Notes: a model not told the origin generated them from the sequence alone. 64,000 nt of DNA from Chrysomallon squamiferum (GCA_012295275.1 CM022679.1:10664001-10728000), one strand, 5' to 3'. Positions 14,629 through 58,959 are shown, numbered from the stretch's first letter. Numbers and translations are program-made.

Positions 14629-14877
14629 CAGAAAACAAAACAATTTAATACTGTTATTTATTTATTTATTTACTTATTTATTTATTTATTTATTTGTTAT
14701 TTCTTTTTATTAATATTTTTTTTCAGCTGTTTATTTTGCCAACCGATAAAATACACTGACTGAATTAATTGATCAATTTCTTTATTTGTTTGTATCAATA
14801 AACTGTTAAAAAATTAATAACTGCAGAATTAAGTGGTTAAAGATTCATTTAATTTGGTGTGTAGATACCCTTACACT
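14398..14877. repeat. Long imperfect inverted repeat (foldback), ~230 bp arms, 19 bp spacer
   Basis: 14398-14631 is the reverse complement of 14651-14877, e.g. aaattaaatgaatctttaaccacttaattctgca / tgcagaattaagtggttaaagattcatttaattt and tattttatcggttggcaaaataaaca / tgtttattttgccaaccgataaaata. Confidence 0.92.
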
Positions 14878-15671
14878 TTTATATATTACTAACAATTCTG
14901 TCATCAACATTCATTATGTTTTTAGCTTACAAAATGAATTAGAAAGGTAGAGAAAAACAAAACGATAAATAAACTGAATATAAACACGTAATTTCAGTAC
15001 AATCATTTTCACAAAGCAGTGAACTGCATGATCTATTCACTGTGTATTTAATCAGCTGACCAAACAGACTGCTTTCAGTGACATTAACCTGCAAAATATC
15101 ATCACTATCTTTGACTTCAATTGCATTTTATCAGAGATCAAAAAGCAATCGATTGGCTATTACGGAGGCGGGCGGGGCCCTGGTTTATAACGGTTTCAGT
15201 GCCTTGTTTCGATTGGGTGATTTTATCCCCATTAACATATGTCCGTTTCACATGCAGTCGATGATAGTTTTAATATTAGATATTTCTTTGCTTTCTCAGC
15301 TTCGTGACCAGAACGACCCAAGTTAGTTTACGAATACTGTATTCCGTATCGATTATGTTAGAAAAACAAAATGATTTATATTTCAAGGCAAATAAAGACA
15401 AAATATCAGAATTTTTTCGATTTCGATCATTTCCTTTTAGCGTCGAGTTTTAAGAACGGTCAGATGTTGCTGAGTAGAATCATTAATTCCAGACGTTATT
15501 GTTATGGTCAGAATAATTTTTTGTTTCCTTTTAAGAAAAAGTATGGTTTTCTTTTTTGTTTTATTTGTTTTATTTCTAAATACCTTTATTTTTAAGCGTC
15601 GTATATATTATGAAAAAAAATTCAGAAATAGGTCAAATTAATTATCGAAAAATAATTAGTTACTATTTCTT

Positions 15672-15763
<92 letters not shown>

Positions 15764-16098
15764 GCAAAATTAATTTACCACTATTAAAACTGCAAAGCAG
15801 GTTACTCTTATTTTTACAACAGAACACGACAATTAATAATATATATTAAAAATTTATGTATCGCTATTTTCGAAATCCCCACAGAAATAAATAAATGCAC
15901 TATAACAAATAAATCAGTAAAAAAATAAAATAAAATAAACTATTGAAATGTCAGGGACTGACTCACATTGTTAACAAAAATAAAAAATAAAAAAAAAGAA
16001 AAAAGAAAAGTAAAATGGCAAAGTTTCAGATTATAGGAGATCAAATTAGCAAAGTGCAGAGACTGCAGTGTTTGTTGTAAAAGGTTCGACATACATGC

Positions 16099-16204
<106 letters not shown>

Positions 16205-17431
16205 CATAAATACACAAATAAATTGCTGTTTCTACCCACATTATATTATTGAGTAAGTACCTCTCTGATGTTTTTATATACACTGTAAGTAATTAACATA
16301 AATTTAAATTTATTTACACGAACGATGTAATACACTTCTAGTATAAATATAATTAACTGAGACGGGAAACATGCAATAAAACGCCGATAATTCATTGCTT
16401 TCTTTCGAACTCCCACAGCTTTTTTCAAAGTATAAAATATCAGAAACATGCTACGAATGGTTAACATTCTAGCAGTAATCACCTGACATAAAACGTGGTA
16501 ATTTACACATCACTGACGTGTTGCCAGACGTCGTGTTCACGTTTTACGTGCTTGAATCGTCGAAGTTAAACACGCTGAACCTGAAAATGATGCAACTTTT
16601 ACGCTGTAGAAGATAATTGCAATTTACGATTACAGGTGAATAATAAAAAAAAAGGTGTGAACGAAGCTACAGAAAATAACTGGAATTTACCTTGATAGTT
16701 GAATAAGTCTGCAGATTATAACTGAAGTTTGAATAAATCTAGAGAAAATATTTACAATTTCATCTGCAGGTAAATGAAACTAATAGAAAATAACTTGAAA
16801 ATAACAGGACGACGACTATCATGATGATGATGATGATTTTTAAATATTATATATTTCTAAATGATTACTTTTGAATTCTATTTTATTAGAATTCATGGAC
16901 CTGTGACAAAATAAAACGAAGCGAAAACAAAAACAAAAGAAAATCATCGGTTTAAATGAAAAAGGCTAAAAAGAAAATGTGTTTTTAATAATAATAATAA
17001 TTAGGTAAGATTTCTCAAGTGCAGAAAATCTCAGATATCTGAAACGGATACCCAAGCTGTACAAAAATACCCGACATATTTTTTCAAAGTATCAAGATTC
17101 GGGAACGTTCAGTAAATCGTTAACGATCGAAGAATAGTCACGTGACATATTACACAGTACATAAATAATAAAATGTATGTAAGTACTCGATTGCAGCCTA
17201 GTGCAAGAATTTGATTCACACTATCTTTTTGAGTTATCTTTGTTTGTTTGTCATTGTTGTTGTTTCCCGCTACAGGAAAATGCATTTAAATAATTATTTC
17301 CTGTTGATGGTTTCTTCGTATCAAAATAACAACAGACAATAGCAGTCATAACTAGTATGGTTAAAAACGTTGGTTTAAAAAAAGAAAAAATAGAAAAAAG
17401 CCTCTTCCCCTCTCAAAACCCCCAAAATAAA

Positions 17432-17468
<37 letters not shown>

Positions 17469-17607
17469 GTAATAATAATAAGAAGAAGAAGAAGAAGACG
17501 AAGAAGAAGAAAAATAAGAATAAGAATAGCGAGAACTATAATAAACAAATAGTAATGTTAAAAGCAATAAGAATAGTCCTAATAGGTTTAGTCATAGTTC
17601 TAATAGC

Positions 17608-17648
<41 letters not shown>

Positions 17649-17896
17649 CAGTAGTAAGAAGAACAATAGCAGCCAAAGAGTGTGCCTCAGTATAACTATC
17701 AATAGAATTTAATTTTTTTTTCTATGAAGATTTTTAATTTTTTATTATTATTACTTTTTAATTTTTTACACAGTTTTTGAATCCGTTATTTCTCAGAAAG
17801 TATACTTGCGGAAGTATTTATTTCTATTTTTAGTACTGATGTCTTTTTATTCTCTCTTCTTTCTGCAGAAATCATTTGCCGACGTAAAAGAAGAGA

Positions 17897-33914
<16,018 letters not shown>

Positions 33915-36581
33915 CCGGAAGTTAATTCTGTAATTCTTCTGATAGGACCAAACATGTCATGTGATCATGTTTCAAGACTTTCAGACAGCAGTACTTTTTC
34001 GAAGTGAAACTTTTATGTTCTTTCGTCGTTCGAAAAATATAATTTAAAAATAAAAATAAAAAAATAAAAAAAGGAGAAGAAGAAGCAGAACAAGAAAACG
34101 AAAACAAAAGAAACCGTGCTTTTATCAGATTCATTTTAAATAACGTTTTATTATAGGAATATTTTTTTATTACTATTAATCAGTGTTGTTTTCTATCATC
34201 GTTATTATTATCATTTTGTTGAAATAAATGGATAGTATCGAAAGGAAGGACGTGAATACGATGACGGCTTTATAGACAGATGCGGAATAAAACAGTGAAA
34301 TGAATGTTTAAGTATTATGTACTGTTGGAAGGAACTGCCTACCTTCGGATAGACATGTCTGTGCTATTTTTTATTTTACATTATTATTATTATTATTATT
34401 CCTATAGTTATTATTACTAATAGTTTTTTCATCATGTATAGTTATAAATGTCATCTTAACTTCGACCAAGGTTATGATTATACGTGCTTGATATAATTTT
34501 ATGTATGTATATATTAATGTAGCATATATTAGTAGTATATATTGATGCTATAAACACCAGATGTAAGTAACAACGTGGAATTCTAAAAGTGGTCTCTGTG
34601 AAATGTAACGCTGCAATGAAAATGAATTTTGTGGAATACGTTTAAATAAGAACCCGTACTCTGAGCCCATTTAAACATGATTACAAATTAGCTTTAGTAA
34701 TTACCTGTTAGCGATTATTTTACAATGTTGTTACAGAATTATTAGTAATATCTGCCTTGTCTGATTAACAGAAGTTTACAGAAACGATGTTAGATGCCCA
34801 AATATTTTTGTTTGGAAGAAACGAAACATTATAAATATATTTGTGAAAAAAGAAAAACTAGGATGGCAAAATCAAACACTAATTAAATGGCATGCCAGTT
34901 TTAATACAGGTAATGGTTAAGTGCAATTAAAAGCGAGTTCAGAATCGACTTTTGAACAAATAATTTTAAATACAGGAATTTATAAAAATTAGAAAAACTT
35001 GATCATGTATTAAAATTAATGCAAAAAATGTATCTTTTGGATATTTTGAAATTGTTCATGCTACATTACATTTCCTTAATATGCTGAATGCAAACAGGGA
35101 ACTACGTGCTTCTATTTTCATTGCCCATGTACTAACTGATCATAATTTTTTTAAACAGTATGCAAGTCTTTTTTGTGTATTGAGTAAGCTTGTCATCATT
35201 ATAGTAGGGGCTTATTGGAAGAAAACAATTCTGGGAAATGGAATTCTTCATCTGCTTGTTATTATCATTATGCTTTATTATACTCAAGGTCCTGCTGGTT
35301 AGCAGGCAGCCTGCCAAATACTGCATTACTTGTAGATGTTAAATCTAATCAGTTAAGAAACAACAATTATTTGCAAAGCATCAACAGGGATGAAATAGCT
35401 AAACATATTCAAAATTTAGTCAGTACTGTATTATTATTTTTTTTTAATGGGGCCACATACACATTATTTAAAGCACATCCCTTGTTAAAAAAAAAAAATA
35501 AAAAAAATAAAAATGTTTAAAATTTACATGAAAAAGTAATAATTTATTTCTGTTTTGTGCTATGTTGGGTTAAGTATTATGCAACACTGATTCATTAAGT
35601 AGAAGATATTGCATAGATACATTTATAAGATTTGTAACAGACAGACAAATAATAATAAAATGCACTGGCAGATACCCAGTTGTAGCATTCCACAGTGGAT
35701 AGAGACATGTCCCACCCACCCCCTCATTTGACATCTAGACTATATATATATATATAGAGATGAAAATGTTGCATTGGACCTTTGCATTTGTATTTTACAT
35801 TTGAATTGTTATCAAGCTATCTGCTAAATGTAAACCAGTTTATTAAAGGATTTTGGAGGAAACCAAACCTACTGTTCAAGGTAAATGGAGTCAGTTACTC
35901 TGGACATGGACATGTATAAAGTTCATCTTCAGTTAGCTATGGCTCCTGGTACTTGTTTAACAATGGTTATGCTAATCCATGTAAATATACTGTTAGCTAT
36001 GAAAATAAAACTATCACTTACATGTTGTTGTTTTTTTTTAATTTATTCATAATGTTCCAGAAACAGATCTCTTCAAGCTGGAAAAACTATGACAACAATG
36101 GAAAGTACCATCCAGTGTCTTTGACACATTAGTCACACTTGACTGGGAAGTAGCCCAGTGTGTGAACAACAAGTTTATCCACAAAATTTACTGGTGTATT
36201 TACCTTCCCCCACACAAACAGTCACTTAAGCTTATTAAATAAGCATACAGTGACTGAAATAAACAGCCAAATTATGAGCACTTCATTCTGAGTTCTATCT
36301 GAATTACAGAGTAGGCTATTAGCTGATTCATAATGATCAGTTTGTAGTAATTCCAGTAAAATGAGCTTTCACATTATTATTCTTAAAGTCTGGTATCTTT
36401 GGTTAACCCAGGAATATTAATTACTTTTGTAACCACAGAGGTGCAAGCATTTACTTGATTTAAAATAATAAATAAAAACAAAAACATTATCTTTTGGCCT
36501 TTTTTTATTTATAGGCCATAAATCAACATTTGTTGACTTTTCCCATTTTCTGTCTTTTTTTTGTAACCCCCTTCACAAGTA

Positions 36582-38993
36582 TCAGAAAAAGAATCCAAGA
36601 ATCTTTCCTCCCAAATGTTTTCTTCTGGCTTCTTCGTGGTCCATGATCCCTCCTGACGTTGTTAACACAATAAAACTGTAACAGAACAGATTTTTCTATT
36701 TTCAATGTTCACACAATTCAGTGGTTTTACTGGTTTTTGAAATAAACCTTCCAACTACTAGTTTAATTCCAGATAAAAATTAAGCAGAGGTAAAATATTT
36801 ATAACATTTAGTGGGACACCTAATTTGATTAAAAACAAGTTTGCTATTAAAAGCTGATTAAATTTAACAGATTATTTTCATGTACCAATACTATGATCAT
36901 TTGAATTGTTTAAATATACACAAGTAAATAGTATGGCCAGTGATATCTTGCTTGCAGCAATCAGAAGGTTATACACTGTTTCAATCAAGATTAACAGCAT
37001 TTTAAATATTATCTTATGGAGGAAGGGGGAATAAGAAAAAGCAACAATGTACAACCATAAATATGGATGTAATGTACTCATTTGTGTGAATAACATTTAC
37101 TAATCTTTTTAATGTTTATTTTGACCAAATAAAATTTATAAATTTGGTTACTGGCCATTTCAATGCTTACCCAAACTGTCTAGAAGGTAGCAGATTTGTT
37201 GTCCATCGTTCCATATCACGAATAGAAATGTCAAATCTAGGGCTGATTACACCACACTGTAAAAATATAAATTTCATATTTATTTGATATTTAGAATAAG
37301 AATAGTTGATAGAAAATATATATTAAGTTATTATTATGGTTATAAAGCTATCATACATCATTATCTGAAGTAATGCAGAGCAGTACAATTTGATTAAGTG
37401 GTAAATTACAGAACATCTTAAAAATAAAAGATTGGATAAAAAAAAAAAATCAATTCTTATTTTGTCTTCTCGATAGAAGTCTGAAGTTTGGTGTAATTCA
37501 TCTGTATTTAAATGAATTTTCTTTTTTTGTTTGTTTATTGGGGTAAAACATTAAAGCATGATCAACCTTAATGGAACTTTGAAAACATCATCAGTCTATG
37601 TCAACTTCTTTTTGAGTGAAATATTAAAGTACTACCAATTAGTTTATGTTACCTTGTTTAATCTTCCTGTGAGATTGACCACTATCTTGTTTCCTCTGTG
37701 ATCATCAACAATCTCAAACTCTCCAATGTAACCTGAAACAAGAAAACACAAATAACTAAATCTCAAATTATAAAATTGCTAGTTTGCCTGCTTAGCAGTA
37801 CGTAACAGAGATTCCTGTCAAGCACAAAATACAAATGCAAAGAGAAAGACAACAGACAGGGTACATGAAACCATCCTTGTGTAACCCACTTTCCATTCAA
37901 ACAAATTTTGCTCATCGTTGAAATTAAAATATCATTTTCTACATGAAGACTGTCTGCCACCGAATGACATGTATTGCTGCACAGCAACTCAAAAAGGATA
38001 TCAGTAGTAAAATGAACCTTGGCCTTTTTAACTATGAAACAAATTTCAGGCATTATTTTCCTGCTGGAAATCAATGCACATCAACATTAACATTTTTAAG
38101 ACATGTATCCAAACATAATCATAATTTTATTGTTCTTTATGTGGGGTCTAGATAAAATGATAACTTATTTTAATTGTTTTTACCTATTCGAATGCACTAT
38201 CTGTTCTTTGTATTGGCACAAGACTGGTAATCAACATATTTCACCCCATTCGCGATGTTTGCTTTTCTTCTGAATTTAATTTAACAATGTCAAGTGACTA
38301 TTACTTTCACTTTATCAAAAACATTAATTATCGGTAACTATACTACTTTTAGCTAAGTATATATATTTCTTAAAACTTATTATGAAAAAGAGAGTAATAT
38401 CACAACTGATACGAAGTGCATTTTATTCAGAATTTTCTGCAAACCATTACAAAATGCTGTTTGATATCTTAAGTTGTTATAAATAAAGAAGAAACTCTTC
38501 TTAACTGCATTAATTAATTTCAGCTATAATCCTTATTTTTTATGTATTACTACTAATATATAAAAATAAATAATATAATTTAAAAAAAAAGGGTTTTGCA
38601 CATATTTTTTCATCCCTGGAACATGCACCTTACTGTAAATAACAGTTGGCATTTGAAAGTCACTTTCACATACTATGATACTACTACTAGTGGTGATTTA
38701 GCTGATTAAACTGAAGTGAGTCTATGGATCGTTTCAAGTTACTTACTTGTTTAATACAAAGTCATTAAATATTGTAATAAAGTATATATAATATGATTTT
38801 AATATATTTTAATTCGTATATATAAAAAAAAAGTATACTGAATAAGATGTCTATTCTTACCATGTTTCATCATCACTGACAAGAATCGAACAATTACTTT
38901 GGATGAGGGTCGAATTAATACTTGTCTTTTCCCACGTTTCTCTGCCATAGTAATGTTATTGAGAGCATCTGCCAATACATTCATTCGAACCAT
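36582..38993 (-). CDS. RPS15A: 40S ribosomal protein S15a (uS8), 130 aa
   Basis: Exons 38993-38861 ([11 protein letters not shown]...VMMKHG), 37732-37653 ([26 protein letters not shown]), 37256-37171 (CGVISPRFD...LLPSRQFG) and 36675-36582 ([30 protein letters not shown]). Total 393 nt, all GT-AG. AATAAA on the minus strand near 36504-36509. Confidence 0.99.
36878..36999 (-). ncRNA. Possible intronic H/ACA snoRNA in RPS15A intron 4
   Basis: Sense strand reads tgct...agca, H-like ATATCA, then 3' hairpin gccatactat...atagtattggt immediately followed by ACAtga; 122 nt. The 5' hairpin is weak and no canonical target was found. Confidence 0.35.
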
Positions 38994-39068
38994 CCTGAAT
39001 GCTGAAAATTGTTAAATATATTATATAATTATTAAATTAACGTAGCTGAGTATCTTATTTAAAGCTGC

Positions 39069-39189
39069 TGCTGTGTGTCAGTGCTCCTGCCTATATCTAT
39101 AGTTATTTGGACCAGATAAAAATGTCCCACAGACATTAATATTTCTCAAAATCGGATTAATGAACTAACATCATCACCCTTTAATTTTG
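39069..39189 (-). ncRNA. Candidate intronic H/ACA snoRNA in RPS15A intron 1, with a pocket matching the 28S A-loop pseudouridine (SNORA21/snR10-type target)
   Basis: Hairpin 1: caaaat-taaa-GGGTG-atga(tgttagt)tcat-TAATCCGA-ttttg. H-like ATATTA. Hairpin 2: tgtctgtg...tatct...agata...cactgaca, then ACAgca. Length 121 nt, ending ~67 nt before the 3' splice site. The pocket arms pair with the conserved 28S UUGGAUUG-UU-CACCC. Confidence 0.55.
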
Positions 39190-39427
39190 TTTAATTCTCG
39201 TCATATACTAGAACGAAATGAACCCTAATGGTAATATTGTGATGCACGACCAGCTTTTTAAATATTCTTATTTAAAGTTTGAAGAAACATAAACCACAAA
39301 AATAAAGCTGTTGATTTTATTTATGGTGTTTTCTTTTTTATTTTAACAATTAATTTTATTTATTTTATTGCAAATAACAAAGGATTGATCAGGATATTTT
39401 CCACCGATAACAAACTACTCCATGTAC

Positions 39428-39450
39428 CTTTTTTGATGGCGGCTGAAAAG
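39428..39450 (-). other. RPS15A: RPS15A non-coding first exon beginning with a 5'TOP/TCT initiator
   Basis: The minus strand reads gac-CTTTTCAGCCGCCATCAAAAAAG|gtacatg, a typical ribosomal-protein TCT start. The next acceptor is ttttcag|cattcaggATG at 39002. Confidence 0.85.
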
Positions 39451-39520
39451 GTCAAATACTTATTTACTTCCGGTGTCATCGACTGAAACTCTTTCTTCCG
39501 GTCGTACTGCTGCAGGTGCT
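39451..39520. promoter_or_regulatory. RPS15A core promoter with two ETS/GABP sites, probably bidirectional with the HEATR9-like gene
   Basis: ACTTCCGGT at ~39466-39474 and CTTCCGGT at ~39495-39502, with local CpG enrichment between two divergently transcribed genes. Confidence 0.7.
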
Positions 39521-40846
39521 CGAATCATTAAAATTTTATTTATGTTACTGAAAATTATTTAACGTATTGATATTATCTTACAAATACTTTACATTAATAT
39601 TTATTGACAATTAAAATCAACTTGCAGATATGATAATTTTCCCTTAAATATTTCCCATTACAGTTAGAAACCATTAGTAACCATTTTTGTTTATAGTGGG
39701 ACAAAATATAACCTCGATTGTCAGGAAATGCAATAGACGATAGAAACCAAAACAAGAACCAAACAGTCGAACAAATCTACAAATAAAATTAGTTATTAAT
39801 TACAAATTTTAATTTTATTTAAAATTAACATTATCGCATCAATCAGTTTCTGGATGGATGACATGTTACATGTAATACCTTACTTGGTAACTAATACTTT
39901 AGTCTTATACGCTTTTTAATAGTTTATGATTGATTATTCACACCCAAGGTGAAAATGAGCATGCATTATCGACATATTGAATGAAGTTTGTGGATTTCAT
40001 TTAATTAAAAAATTGTTAAATCTTACTATGTCGTTCATTATATATTTTTTTTTAGAAATCATCAGGAATTTTATCCTTAATAGTATATGTATGTGTGTGT
40101 GTGTGTGTGTGTGTGTAAGTAAGTAAATATGTATATTAACTTAAAATATACCAGTGCCTTATTAACCAGATTAAAAATCATATTAGTGCTGTATTCTTAT
40201 TAAAATTTATGTACAAAACATGAATATACATTCTCTGATACAGGCAGCTGAATCACTTTCTGGATTTTTAATAAATGAACAGTTAAACATAAAAAAAAAC
40301 CCAACAGTTTAAGTGATATAAATTTTATTGGATAAATAGATTTACATTCTGCTTAAAAATAGCAAATTTCATTACTTAGGTTTTATAAATGGTATGGTGT
40401 TCAAAGCAAAAAAAACAACAAAAAAAACCAAAACAAAAACAAAAAAAAAAAAAGTCTCGCAAAGGTAATATTTAAGTTGTAATGAAGATGATCTGAACAT
40501 CATATATCAACTAGCCAAGAAATGTATTTGATAAAACATATTTATTAATATTTAGTAGCATTAACATTCAAAACTATGTAATAATAATAATAATAATAAG
40601 AATAATAATAATAATAATAATAATAATAGTAATGATGATGATGATGATGAATAAATGAAATAATAACAAAACATTACACATGTATTTTACAGTTATTTTG
40701 AATATAATGATTTTATTATTATTTATTATTTTTATGTCTGAGAAATTTTTATTTGTTTTGTTTTGTGAAAGCCATTTTAAACTGTCTACAGTTAATTTAC
40801 AGATTTTGAAATGATTTAACAAACCAGGAATATTTAACTCGGACAA

Positions 40847-55498
<14,652 letters not shown>

Positions 55499-57521
55499 GA
55501 AAAAAAAACACCAAAGAACTTGTCTCTGTGTCTCAGATTTATACATCTAATTTTATGTTTTACAGTTTTTGTTTTTGAATATTTTTATATTTATTAACAC
55601 ATATATTTGAGAAATGATTAACTAGTATTATTAAACCCACAAAACCCCCCACAAAAATCCAGAAGTTAAAAAACACACATACATACCTAAACAGAAGCCT
55701 ATCCATACACTTGCATGCATACAGATACAGATAAACATCCATACACACATGTATACAGTTATATGTATAGTTACACAAATACACACACATACATATATAT
55801 ATATGCAGAGACATGCATCCACACATAATTATATACAGATACACACACAAACACACACACAAAGATACAACATCCATACACACATATATATACAGAGATA
55901 CAAATCCATACATGCGCATGCATACATATATACAGAGATAAACATTCATACATACATATTCTGAGATACACATCCACACAAATACAACTGCACAAAATAA
56001 ACCTTTAATCAGTGATATAGACCTACTTTTTCCAGAAAATTAGTTAAGTAGTTCTTTCATTAAAATGACCAAGTGTAATGAGCTGAGATGTTGCCAAATT
56101 AATTATTCCAAAAAATAATGTTGCATAGCTGTTTTAATTTTTATAATGGGTTTGTCAAAGCTCAGATTTTCATTTAATAGAAATTATGAATGGTTGAATG
56201 CTGCTGTATTGTTTAAGAAATATTCCAATTTCAGGCCTACTCCAGTTTTATGTTAATCATCATGTTACTGTGAAATAAATGCTGTATTTTTCAATTTAAT
56301 AATAGAAACTGGACCTCAGAAAACTCTTAAGAATATGAATTATCAATAAATATATAAATAAAAATAATAATAAAATAAATTAAAATAAATAGAATAGAAT
56401 AAAACAAAATAAAATAAATATATAAATTTAAAAAAACTAAAATAATAACAAATATATATATATATAAATAAATCTTCAATTAAAAATTAATGGAAATAAA
56501 AAAATAAAAAATTTGGAACAATTATTTTCATATAGATCAAGTATTCTATATATACATTATTTTGAATTTGAATTATTTAAATTTATCTTTATTGGCATTT
56601 AAATAATAACAATTATAAAAAATTGTATTTGTGAACTATTCTTCATCAATATTTTAATTTATTTTATTTTTTTAAATTAAAATAAACAAATGTAGAAAGA
56701 CACTGTTAATAAAAATATACTTTGATTACAATACATATAATAGACAGAATAAAAATGTATAGCAAAAAAGGGAGATAACCAGTTAGACAATAATTACTTC
56801 TTATGCATTTATTAGTTTAAACATTTATTAGTATTATGCCTGCTGTTTTGTGGTTTTTAAATTCAAATAAGAAAACAATAATAAGCAGCATTACATATAA
56901 ACTATTTCATTTAATTAAATATTAATTTGACATTTTGATATGTTTTATAATTATGAATAAAATTAGTTTTTAATATTGTATATAATAATACTAATATAAT
57001 AATATGCAGATATTTATTTTATATATTTTTATATTATATTAAATTATTGTAATAATTATAATTTCTTTTCTTATTTCAAATAATCTGGACAGATTAAAAA
57101 TGTGTGATATTAAAAATACGTGATAAATACAAGTTTATAACAGTTATATTTACATTTACATGTGGGAGTGTATGTCTGCAGTGTTTGTGTCTGTGTGTTT
57201 GTATGTGTATGTGCTTGTTTATTGGTTTACAATATTTAGAGTGCCTCTTTTACACATAATTATACTGTGATAACCACATTTTAATTTGAAAGTGTTATTT
57301 ATAAATTTGAATTTTTGTCTTGATATATACTCTCCTAGAAAGTTGTTTTTGCTATATTTATATTTTGTTTTGTTGTGTCTTTTATTTTAGAATAATAAAT
57401 ATAATTAAAAGAAATTTTATATAAAATGATATTTAAAAAAAGAAAAACAATTATTTTGCTCTTTCTGAACTAAAGAATACAATTATGGATTGCCATTAAT
57501 TTTTTTCATTTTATAAAAGGT

Positions 57522-57556
<35 letters not shown>

Positions 57557-58959
57557 TATTATTATTATTATTATGATTATTATTATTATTATTAAAAGAA
57601 TATAAGTCAAATAAACATTTAACAGCATCCAAACTCATAATATTGATATATCTAATCCTTTGACTGGAATAAAAATTCAAAATGTTTGAAATTATTTTGT
57701 TTCGTTTTTATATTTAAAAATATAAAGTGTATTTGTTATGGCCTAAATAACTTTTGTATACTTTTCAAGTTATTTCTTTAATTATTTTTAATGTCTAGTC
57801 TGTGACAGTAACAAAGGCTAATAATTAAATAAGCCAGCAAATAATGTGTTTTCCTAGCAACATTCAGTTTATGATTGCTTTGTTGTTTATTTGTAGGTTA
57901 GTTTTAACTTCTGAATTTAACAAAAAATAAATTATTTTATTAATTAAAATTTACTTTAAAACAAACTGTCAAAATGAAGCATTTGAAACGTTGATTTAGA
58001 TAAAATTCAGAATCTGTTCTAATTTGAACATCTGCTACATATTAAACAATTATTGCATAGTCAGTGTTCCTGAGTGATCTTTTTATAGAAATATAAACTA
58101 AAATGGATAAATTCAAAGCTGTTGTACTAATGGTAAGTGGGGTAAAGATGATAATAATAATCATAATCACAGTAATAATAATAATAAGCTACTAAATATA
58201 ATATTTTTATACAAATTTTAGGTTATAGCTTATCTTCAGTGAATCACTATTTTGTGACATAGTATTTGTCACTAGCAAATGTTAACGCATATATACAAAA
58301 ATGTGAACTGAATAACTTCAAATAAAATCTATTCAGATGTCATTAAATATTTTCTTTTCCTATTTAACAAGCAGCTGTTATCTTTTTGCAGTCAACATGT
58401 TTTTTTATGTGATAATTCAGGGACTGATAAGTACATAAATCATAAAATTAATGATGAAATGTTTAGGATTTGGATAGGAGAAACTATTTGTTTGAATTCA
58501 ACCAGTTTTATTTTGAGTTATTTTAACAAAACAACAAAACAATCATGATACTACTGCTACTACTACTACTAATAATGATGATGATGATGATGATAAATTT
58601 AAAACCAAACAAAAACATTTAAAAAAAAAAAAAAAAAAATTAGGAAGAAAAAAGTATAATTATCATGTAAGGAGGAAGATTATGGTTTAGTGTCAGAGCA
58701 TTTAGTTTATGTATCAAGGTTTGCAGGATCTGCCTTAGTGCCATTTGCCATTGCAGTAATACTCCAGAATACCCAGGTTCTTCAGACCCTGGCTTTACTG
58801 TTGTTAAAGTTGTGATAATTATTCACCATTTCACAGAAATTTTCAGGATTTAAAACTGGTACGAATGGTACCATATAAATATTAATAATAATAATTTAAA
58901 TAAAGCTTATTCTAAAGTTTGAATTACAAATAGCGCCTTAATTTAAAACGATAACTATC

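Noticed and set aside
35081-35520. ORFs between the astacin and RPS15A 3' ends
   Set aside because: No recognisable domain or consistent exon structure; likely UTR or intergenic sequence.
38610-38735. Third snoRNA in RPS15A intron 2 (ATAGTA H-like box, small hairpin)
   Set aside because: No convincing ACA box or two-hairpin fold.
58680-58815. tRNA-derived SINE head upstream of the xylosyltransferase promoter
   Set aside because: The A/B-box resemblance is too degenerate to support without a repeat library.
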